This document shows positions 43,972-51,851 of a stretch of DNA of 64,000 nt, one piece after another. The translations under genes were made by a program, and so were the position numbers. The notes below the pieces were generated by a model that was not told where the DNA came from, searched no databases, and was given only the letters and a program-made list of their open reading frames with translations. Source of the stretch: a virus; the IMG/VR virus record IMGVR_UViG_3300029959_001566; one strand, given 5' to 3'. Position 1 is the first letter of the stretch, and every line of letters begins with the position of its first letter.

Positions 43972-45360
43972 ATGTACGGCGACTCGCTCTATAATCGCAA
44001 CATCTACGGGCATAACGCGGGGATAACAGCCGCCACCTCGGCAGATATCCGAGCGGCGGGTCAGATAGAAGTTGATGGAGAGGTTCGCCGGGAGGTCTCA
44101 AGCAACATAATTGCTGTGGGCAGCGTACATGCCGCGCTCGCTGGAGCTGTAACAACATCGGCTGTTATAAACGCTGTTGGCAGCCTGAGTGCATCTCAGA
44201 CGCTCACAACAAACACAAGCGCCGTCGTGGGGGGTATAAGCGGATTGGAGGCGGTCGCGCGTCAGCACGACGTCTCGCCATCTGCGATCAGGGCCGGGTA
44301 CAATGGGGTACTTTACAACCGATGCCTATACGGGGCACTGCCGTACAGGCGCGGCACTGAGCTTACTTATGTCGTCAGGGCCCGGATTGTTAAGCCATAC
44401 GTCGAGCCGCCTCCTGTCATGGAGACGCTCAGCTATGGGCTATCCAGGCGGTTTGCATGGTTACAGGAAGGTATCCAGGCATTCAGCCTCTTCAACAAGA
44501 TCACGTATGCTACCGGGCAGGACGGCCTAATAACGCCCTCTCTGGACAGGCACTGGGGTGAGATATATGGCCTTCCAAGGCTTGCAGGAGAGTCAGACGA
44601 TGATTACAGGTCGAGGCTGAGCATCTATGTCAAGGTCCTGACTGGATCAGGGACTATACCAAACGCTCAGGCTGTGCTGGACTTCCTCATAGGGCCTCCA
44701 GGTGGGTCGAGAGTGAATCCCGTCTGGCCTGGGAGGGCTATAATCACCTTCGACACGGTTGAGGCCATGCGGCAGGCCAGGGCCAAAGAAAGCCTGATAA
44801 ATTCAGTGCTGCCCGGCATGTTTGCAGCGGGGATCGACTATGAAGTTCTCCTCCCATTCCTCGAATACACACAGAAGGCCTTGGTCGCAGGGAACCCCGC
44901 ATTGGAGTATGTCGCCAGGGCCGCTGTTTCAACCGACTGTGAGTTAGGGTACATGGTAAATGCTCTCGTCGGATTCCAGGCCGAGCTCGATATGCAGGTG
45001 CGTGCAGCTGTACAGTGTGATAGGACCATTAACTACAAGGCGAAAGCAGTTGTAATGGCGGAAAGGCTTCTCGGAGTCGTCCAGAAGGGCGCCATACGAG
45101 GGGACGCTGAGCTATCATGTACTCAGAGGGGCGCTGCCAGGACCGAGATACTTGTCGAGGTGGTCCAGAAGGGTGCTATCATGGCAGAACGCGGCCTGGA
45201 ATATGTCCAGAAAGGCGCCATGTGCCGCAACTTCGAGCTGACTTACAAGGTCTCAGCATTCATGGCCCTGGTCGGACAGGCTGAGATGATCCAGAGAGCT
45301 GCCGTCTCAGGAACTCCTGAACTGACATATGCGGTGCGTGCCAGGGTGGCGAGACCATGA
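43972..45360 (+). CDS. Baseplate wedge (gp48/DUF2313-like) domain + 14-aa repeat tail
   Basis: SLDRHWGEIYGLPRLAGESDDDYRSRL; YxQRAAV repeats. Confidence 0.75.
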   Translation: MYGDSLYNRNIYGHNAGITAATSADIRAAGQIEVDGEVRREVSSNIIAVGSVHAALAGAVTTSAVINAVGSLSASQTLTTNTSAVVGGISGLEAVARQHDVSPSAIRAGYNGVLYNRCLYGALPYRRGTELTYVVRARIVKPYVEPPPVMETLSYGLSRRFAWLQEGIQAFSLFNKITYATGQDGLITPSLDRHWGEIYGLPRLAGESDDDYRSRLSIYVKVLTGSGTIPNAQAVLDFLIGPPGGSRVNPVWPGRAIITFDTVEAMRQARAKESLINSVLPGMFAAGIDYEVLLPFLEYTQKALVAGNPALEYVARAAVSTDCELGYMVNALVGFQAELDMQVRAAVQCDRTINYKAKAVVMAERLLGVVQKGAIRGDAELSCTQRGAARTEILVEVVQKGAIMAERGLEYVQKGAMCRNFELTYKVSAFMALVGQAEMIQRAAVSGTPELTYAVRARVARP

Positions 45361-46931
45361 GTTATTTTCCATGGGACGATGAAAGGACATACGACCCCCA
45401 CACCCCAAAGCTGATCATGGCGGGTGGGGGTCAGATGCTCCACAGGACGATATCAGAAGAGGATGAAACCACAGGATACAACGTCTGGCACCCAAGCAAC
45501 CAGTTTCCTGGAATGCGGATCATAACAGTGCAGGAAGTATATTTCGGCATTGTTCTAACTCTGGTAGTCACCGAGGAGGGACACTATGATATCTATATGT
45601 CCACCGACCTGGTGAACAATACCCTCGTCCATAGCCACGCCACAGAAATCTATGGGATCTTCCCAATTGACATGGGGCACGCCGTCTTTATGGCAGCGGA
45701 CGGCTGCTGGTTCACCCATAGGTCGGGCCTCGTTTGGGAGCAGCTATACAGCAGGGCCTCTTATACACAAAACGGCATCAAGTTCACTGAGAGGAAACCC
45801 ATTGAACACGGCGGCGGCATATCACTCATCGCAGTCCAATGTGTCGTTGAGGGGACAGATACTCAGCTCTCAATCAGCACTGAAGATTACCTGGTAACAA
45901 TCAACAGTGCAACTGATAGCGATGGCAACGCCACAAGCACCCAGGCTGAGATAGTAGAGGCCATAAACGGCAATATCCTGATAACAGGCAACTCCCTGAT
46001 AACCGCTGAACTGGTAGGCAGTGGCCCAGAAATTTTTGGACCGATGCTCCATGCACATCTGGCAGGAGCAACCCCTATAAACGCTCTTGCAGCCACGCGG
46101 GTTGTGGCGGCAGGTGACCCGGACGAGCAGAGTTTCCGTACCCTGGTAGCATATGCAAATGATCGCAAAATCTATGCTATGGAGTACCCAGGCGGTGATT
46201 GGGAGGCAGCATATACAACAGGTGTGAAGGCCAGCCATACACACAACGGCGTCAAGTTCTTGGCCAAAAAACCCGTTTATGGCGCTGACGGTATATCATC
46301 TATTGCCGTCCAATGTGTCGTTGAGGGGACAGATACCCCGCTCTCAATCAGCACTGAAGATTACCTGGTAACAATCAACAGTGCGACTGATAGCGATGGC
46401 AACGCCACAAGCACCCAGGCTGAGATAGTGGAGGCTGTTAATGCGGGAAGCTCTCTTATAGAAGCTGAACTTGATGACGGCGGTTCCGGGATCTTCGGCG
46501 TCCTGCCACACACGCACCTGACAGGCGCAATCACTGCGGCAGGCCCGTGGTACCCAGCGATTGACGGCTCTGGTGTGGGCCTACTGTCGGGGCATGGGAA
46601 TGTGTTATCAGTCTCCCTGGACGGCATCACCTGGCGGGAACGCTTGCGTATGGATGGCGTCATAAGGAGCATCACGATCTCTGATAGGTCTTCAACTCCT
46701 AAGTTCCTTATAGCAGTCGAACAACCGAATTCAGATGGTACATGCAAGCTTTATTGGTCAGATGATATGGGTGATTCAATCAGGCCCGATATCAACCGCC
46801 TATCACCTGATATAACAGTTGAATCTGTATACAGGACGGGGACGAACATGAGAGAAACCATCTTCGCTGTGTCGGGAAAAACCACTGGCGGTGAAGCTGT
46901 ACATAACATAATCAGGTTGGCGGGAGATTGA
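45357..46931 (+). CDS. Beta-propeller-like tail protein with duplicated inserted domain
   Basis: SxDG.TW/SDDMG motifs; internal ~128-bp repeat 45834/46308. Confidence 0.6.
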   Translation: MSYFPWDDERTYDPHTPKLIMAGGGQMLHRTISEEDETTGYNVWHPSNQFPGMRIITVQEVYFGIVLTLVVTEEGHYDIYMSTDLVNNTLVHSHATEIYGIFPIDMGHAVFMAADGCWFTHRSGLVWEQLYSRASYTQNGIKFTERKPIEHGGGISLIAVQCVVEGTDTQLSISTEDYLVTINSATDSDGNATSTQAEIVEAINGNILITGNSLITAELVGSGPEIFGPMLHAHLAGATPINALAATRVVAAGDPDEQSFRTLVAYANDRKIYAMEYPGGDWEAAYTTGVKASHTHNGVKFLAKKPVYGADGISSIAVQCVVEGTDTPLSISTEDYLVTINSATDSDGNATSTQAEIVEAVNAGSSLIEAELDDGGSGIFGVLPHTHLTGAITAAGPWYPAIDGSGVGLLSGHGNVLSVSLDGITWRERLRMDGVIRSITISDRSSTPKFLIAVEQPNSDGTCKLYWSDDMGDSIRPDINRLSPDITVESVYRTGTNMRETIFAVSGKTTGGEAVHNIIRLAGD

Positions 46932-47773
46932 AGGAATTCTGGGACGTTTGGCCTGCGGACAAGTGTCTGTGCGGCTACAGCGCTTATTATGGGTGTTACT
47001 GCTGTACAGAAATATTCAATAAAGGCAATGGTAACAATATACAACCTCACTCGTATGCAGTGGTCCACAAAGCAGACCAGACTAAAATAGAGAAGACTCA
47101 GAAATGTCCTGCTGGGCCAGGGAAGAGCTATTGCAGCTGCGTTCCAGACTACAGCGGCGACGTTATAGGTCTGATGTGCTTTGGCGGGGACCCCCTCCCC
47201 CCAGGATACGAGTACCTTTATCTGGCAGATTCAGGGATGGCGTGCGGCAATCCCGTTGACTTCTATAAAACAGCAAGCCGCAGCCAGACATATCAGCAGA
47301 GGGCGGCCGTCCAAGCTGAAAGAGCAAAAACCTATAAGACAAGGGCAGCAGTTGCCACGAACCAGAGCCTCCCCTGCACTCAGAGGGGCGCAATACAGGG
47401 CAATTCCAGCCTATCATGCGCACAAAAAGCGGCCGTGGAGGGTGAGGTCAGTAAGGCGGTGAAGCAGAGGGCAGCCGTGCGAACGGAACTGCTGCTGGAA
47501 TACACACAGCAGGGGGCAGTGGCTGCAACCTTTGAGCTGCCTGTGGTGGCCAGGGCTACAGTACAGGGCAACCCGCGACTCAATTACAGACAACGAGCAG
47601 CAATCAAAGGCGAGGCCGAAGTCACATGTATTCAAAGGGCGTTCGTTGTCAAAGACAGGACCGAGGCGATAAGGCTTGAGATGGAAAATCTCGTACCTCA
47701 GCAATACTACCAGAAGATTACGAACTCTCCATCGACTGTCAAGGACTGGCGCAAGTCACAGCTCGGCGGCTGA
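46928..47773 (+). CDS. Cys-rich N-terminus + 14-aa repeat protein
   Basis: Many Cys; nine YxQRAAV-type repeats. Confidence 0.6.
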   Translation: MKEFWDVWPADKCLCGYSAYYGCYCCTEIFNKGNGNNIQPHSYAVVHKADQTKIEKTQKCPAGPGKSYCSCVPDYSGDVIGLMCFGGDPLPPGYEYLYLADSGMACGNPVDFYKTASRSQTYQQRAAVQAERAKTYKTRAAVATNQSLPCTQRGAIQGNSSLSCAQKAAVEGEVSKAVKQRAAVRTELLLEYTQQGAVAATFELPVVARATVQGNPRLNYRQRAAIKGEAEVTCIQRAFVVKDRTEAIRLEMENLVPQQYYQKITNSPSTVKDWRKSQLGG

Positions 47774-48003
47774 AGACATCGCCAGAGGCATCCTGGAGAA
47801 GCTTCCCATCCAGGATCGCTCAGGCCCGGCATACCAGGTAGCAATCCAGAAGAGTGCTGTATACTGGTCCCAGGTCCTGGGTGGAAAGTATGCTGATGAC
47901 GCCAAGCAGGTAGCAGACGATGCTATAGGGGCATTGCTTGGCTGCGAGGTGAACATGGTGGGAAGAAGGCGGACGAGGAAAGAACGGTTCTCGGGGTGGC
48001 TTC

Positions 48004-48582
48004 GTGATACCTTTACCAGACGACATAAAAGACAAGATCCTGGCGTGGCTGCCCAAAAATCTAGTAGGATATGATTATCCTCTTGTAGAGACAGATGGCA
48101 TAGTACCGGACCTGATTGTACCAGCCATCACGTTCTACGTGAGCAGCAACGCCCCCACGGGGCAGTATAGGAACACAATTCTGAGCACTGAGAGAACCGC
48201 TGAAGGCCAGATGGACGACTCCTGGGGGGAATATTACTATTGCACCTTTAATGTGGTCCCGAGGGCGCTTGACAAAGCTGAGCTCTCCAAGATGTGGCGG
48301 GCCTTCATGCGGCAATGCCAGCAGACCTCAAGAGATCTCCTCATGAGGATTGATCAGGTCCATTTCGTGGAGATCCTGAACTCACAGCCTCTACAGCCTC
48401 AGAGGATAGACGGCGGTACGCTCTACTGGGCCCAGGTGGACCTGAGGTTCGAGTATGCGATGTCTGATATTTCTGATGCTGATTACCTAGAACAATACAC
48501 AGCAGTTTTAGCAGTAAACAACGGCTCCGAGGCCACGGATTCAGAGATAGAGTTTGAAGGCAATAAGACAGACAGTCAATAG
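48004..48582 (+). CDS. Tail terminator/completion protein
   Basis: Precedes sheath; C-terminal W.QVDLRFEY. Confidence 0.6.
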   Translation: MIPLPDDIKDKILAWLPKNLVGYDYPLVETDGIVPDLIVPAITFYVSSNAPTGQYRNTILSTERTAEGQMDDSWGEYYYCTFNVVPRALDKAELSKMWRAFMRQCQQTSRDLLMRIDQVHFVEILNSQPLQPQRIDGGTLYWAQVDLRFEYAMSDISDADYLEQYTAVLAVNNGSEATDSEIEFEGNKTDSQ

Positions 48583-48737
48583 GTGATGGTTTTTGAAAAC
48601 TGTAGAAAAGCGCATAGTGGATGCTATGATAATTCCAGGTTATGAGCACCTGAGGGCTCAGTATGAGCATCTGGTCAAGACAAACGGCCTGGTCGCTGCC
48701 AGAAATTCCAGAGTCAAGATAGAAATCGAGGATTGAA

Positions 48738-50387
48738 ATGTCTGAACTAGAACTGGGAGATAAGTTTAGCTTCCTGCGTCACGTCCTGACGATCCACAGC
48801 GTGGGGCGTGTCACTGTCCTGGTGGGCAGGGGCGTCTGCCTGGGCATAGGCCCGGCAGTTAGAGGCCCTGCCATGGAGCCTTTTGGTATAATGGGTTCTC
48901 AACCGTCGCTCGTGAGGTCCACCTATTACGCTGGTCCTCTATGTGACGACCTGGAGACCGCACTCGACCAGGGCTGCTCTGTAGCATTCGGCATGAGAGT
49001 TATGGGCCAGAACTACGCCACGGCCGGCATGAACCTGGTAGATAGCCAGGCGGTAGGCGTGGGCGTGGGCAGACTGGACGCCACAGGGCCGGGTACCTGG
49101 GGCAGCATACCCACAATAGAGTTCAAGCTCGGAGACCTGGACGGCCCCAAGACCGAGATATTCAATGGCGACGGCACAGAAGGCCCTTATGCCTTACTGA
49201 TGGATGATATCGTGCAGGACGTCTCAACCTTCACGCATGTCAAGGTGAACGGTGAGGCCAAGACGATAGTGTATAGCGGTACACCAGACCCAGGCCAGGT
49301 CAAGATAGACAAGGTTGTAGGCTCCATCCTGTTCGCCACCGGCCAGGTGGTGCCAAGGACGGTAGAGATCGAGGTCCGATACAAGTACAAGTCCAGGACG
49401 ATGGTCATCAGGGACGAAAACACCCTGCCCATGACTATCCCGAACATCATGGACCCAGTGATGCTCAATGCGAAGCTGAGGAACAACACCATCTGCAGGT
49501 ACACACCCGCCACAGGCGCAACGCACCTGCCCAAGGTCATGGCTGCAGCCCAGATGACGGGCGGTGCCGAGGGCGACCCCATCACCATCAATGATTGGGA
49601 GCTGGCATTCAACGCGCTTTATGAGACGCTCTCAAAGACCGTCATACCCTCAACCATCTTTGCAACGACCTACGAGGCGACCAACGGCCAGAACGACATC
49701 ATACCCCTGATGGATGCCTATCTCAAGAGAATGGCTCATAAAAAGAGGCCTCTACAGGGATTCATCAGCCTGAATCCGGTCATGACAACCCAGGCCAAGA
49801 AGGACCTGGTGAACGGGTATAACAACCTCTGGATGACGTTGATATCCAACGGTTATTCACAGACAGAGAGGAACCTCGCACCCGCCAGGGCCGGCCAGGA
49901 GGCTGCAATAGCCCTTGGAACGTCCCCGGCAGCACCGAGCCAGGTGCTCGTGGGTGTCGATGGCCTGCTGTATCAGGAGAATGAGGTAGACACTCAAGAC
50001 CTATTCAACTCAGGCATAGAAGTGCTGGTCAAAGAGACTGGTGTACATTGCTACCAGGGCATATCGACCGACCCAGACCAGAACCTCAGCCAGACAACAG
50101 ACGTGAGGACAATAGCGGCGGTCATCGTGGCGATTGATACTATCATCGCCAAGTTCTATGATGAGCGCAGGACCCTGACCAACATAACCCGTATTCAGAA
50201 CTCGATAGAGCTGTATCTCAAGGTTCTGATGGATCAGAGCATTCTGGATGACAGCACAATCAAGGTATCCCCTGGCGTGGGTCACAACGAGGTCAAGACG
50301 GACTGCTGGATCCAACCAGTAGGCCACATGAAGCAGTTCTACACCGATCTGTTTACAGGCTTCTGGTCAGACGCGGTGGCACAGTGA
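48738..50387 (+). CDS. Contractile tail sheath protein
   Basis: 549 aa; C-terminal GIST..DVRTI..LKVLMDQSIL domain; followed by tube. Confidence 0.88.
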   Translation: MSELELGDKFSFLRHVLTIHSVGRVTVLVGRGVCLGIGPAVRGPAMEPFGIMGSQPSLVRSTYYAGPLCDDLETALDQGCSVAFGMRVMGQNYATAGMNLVDSQAVGVGVGRLDATGPGTWGSIPTIEFKLGDLDGPKTEIFNGDGTEGPYALLMDDIVQDVSTFTHVKVNGEAKTIVYSGTPDPGQVKIDKVVGSILFATGQVVPRTVEIEVRYKYKSRTMVIRDENTLPMTIPNIMDPVMLNAKLRNNTICRYTPATGATHLPKVMAAAQMTGGAEGDPITINDWELAFNALYETLSKTVIPSTIFATTYEATNGQNDIIPLMDAYLKRMAHKKRPLQGFISLNPVMTTQAKKDLVNGYNNLWMTLISNGYSQTERNLAPARAGQEAAIALGTSPAAPSQVLVGVDGLLYQENEVDTQDLFNSGIEVLVKETGVHCYQGISTDPDQNLSQTTDVRTIAAVIVAIDTIIAKFYDERRTLTNITRIQNSIELYLKVLMDQSILDDSTIKVSPGVGHNEVKTDCWIQPVGHMKQFYTDLFTGFWSDAVAQ

Positions 50388-50398
50388 GGCGGTTTTAA

Positions 50399-50977
50399 AT
50401 GGCAGTAAGTGGAGCAGAATCTACCAACACATCCCACGGCTTACACCCTGGGAGCAACTATATGGTCTCGGCGGGAAAGACCATATACAATTTTTCGACC
50501 CTGGATGTCGTTATAGACGTTGCTGGCGTATACTTCCCCCTCAGAAGCGCGACATATTCTAAGAATATGAACCGTTCTGATGAGCATGGCTCAGGCTCGC
50601 TCAACCCGTTTGCCTTGCCTGCACTGGAGCAGACCTATACCGGGTCCTTCGAGTTCGCCTCATTCTTGGTGAATGGAAAGCCAGCCATGACGACTCACGA
50701 GCAGCTAGCTCTTGAGGCCATCCTGGAAGACCAGGAGGATGAGGGCAGGGGCAAGTATTTCGATATCCTCTTCATGGAGGTGCCGGGCAAGCATGCCAAT
50801 ATCGGTAATATGAGCTTCAATGATGCCGTGCAGGCATCAATCGACAACGCATATGCGCTAGGATTCATTGAAGGAAATTTAAATTGCGTCTTGACAAAAT
50901 CCGGGCGTAATTATGTAGAAAAAGGGGTGATTGTTACCCAGAGAGAATACAAGTTCATGGAAAGGATACCAAAATAA
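50399..50977 (+). CDS. Tail tube protein
   Basis: Position after sheath; TYTGSFE and REYKFME strands. Confidence 0.75.
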   Translation: MAVSGAESTNTSHGLHPGSNYMVSAGKTIYNFSTLDVVIDVAGVYFPLRSATYSKNMNRSDEHGSGSLNPFALPALEQTYTGSFEFASFLVNGKPAMTTHEQLALEAILEDQEDEGRGKYFDILFMEVPGKHANIGNMSFNDAVQASIDNAYALGFIEGNLNCVLTKSGRNYVEKGVIVTQREYKFMERIPK

Positions 50978-51045
50978 ACTTTCCATGCACTATTTTTTTC
51001 TATAATAATTAGTAATAATAAGTACAGAATAATAGGAGATTAATT

Positions 51046-51546
51046 ATGGAATATATAACCAGACAGAAAACGAGAATGGGTGTAAAATACGAAGTTGAAG
51101 TGAGATTACCACAATACGGCCCTGATGCTGGTTTGAGGGTGCATGCGCTCCCGGAGATGGCCAGGGCCAGGATCGAGTCCAGGGCAGGCTATACGATGGA
51201 GGAGGCGCTCCTGGATATGAAACGCATCGACCTTGACGATGAGGAGCTGGATGCAATTAAAAACGAAACAGCCTCAGACGACGTGCTACAGAAGGCTACG
51301 AAACTGCTCACGCCAAAGCTGATACTCTTCCTGGGCGAGCTCTGCAAGGCTGGCATAGTGCCGAATCCAGATTGCTCGTGCAAAGGCAAAGGCTGCCCGG
51401 AATGTGATGCGGGTCAGATGGTGGAAGAGTTCACAAATTCGAGTATCATGGCGGTTGGTATGGCCGTTATAGAGGCATCGACTGCCGACTGGGGGGCAAT
51501 CGAAAATTTTTCCTTAGCCCAGAAGGCGCCATCCACTCCCGCGTAG
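51046..51546 (+). CDS. Tail assembly chaperone (G-like)
   Basis: Between tube and TMP; carries a slippery heptamer near its end. Confidence 0.75.
   Translation: MEYITRQKTRMGVKYEVEVRLPQYGPDAGLRVHALPEMARARIESRAGYTMEEALLDMKRIDLDDEELDAIKNETASDDVLQKATKLLTPKLILFLGELCKAGIVPNPDCSCKGKGCPECDAGQMVEEFTNSSIMAVGMAVIEASTADWGAIENFSLAQKAPSTPA
51504..51510 (+). promoter_or_regulatory. Programmed -1 ribosomal frameshift site A AAT TTT
   Basis: X XXY YYZ in the correct phase; the -1 frame is open and joins ORF 51552..51851. Confidence 0.8.
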
Positions 51547-51551
51547 TTTGC

Positions 51552-51851
51552 ATGACGCAGCGCCCCAGAATAGAAGACCTCACATCAGCAGAGATGATCT
51601 TCCTGGGCATGGCTGGTATGGAGGATGCCCAGATAAAGGCTGGTGCCGGTCCTGTCAAGAGAGACTTCGGTGTTCAGGACGATAGGCTCATGGGCACGGC
51701 AGAGCTGGCCGAAATGCACAGGGCCAAGCAGCCAGGCGGCACGATAGCGCAGACCATAGAGGAGATGAGGCGTAAACAGGCACCTCTGAGGGCAAAGATC
51801 GAGGAGCAAGCCCTGGCAATGATGGATGATGGAGAAATACCGGCAGTATGA
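51552..51851 (+). CDS. Tail assembly chaperone GT-like frameshift extension
   Basis: In the -1 frame of the upstream chaperone. Confidence 0.7.
   Translation: MTQRPRIEDLTSAEMIFLGMAGMEDAQIKAGAGPVKRDFGVQDDRLMGTAELAEMHRAKQPGGTIAQTIEEMRRKQAPLRAKIEEQALAMMDDGEIPAV

Noticed and set aside
45834-46435. DGR template/variable repeat pair (three of about four mismatches are at A)
   Set aside because: No reverse transcriptase in the window, both copies are mid-gene and in frame, and there are too few mismatches to be meaningful.
47676-48074. 132-aa ORF overlapping both neighbours
   Set aside because: About 100-nt and 70-nt overlaps and no convincing start; its central part may be a real or truncated gene, but I cannot support boundaries.
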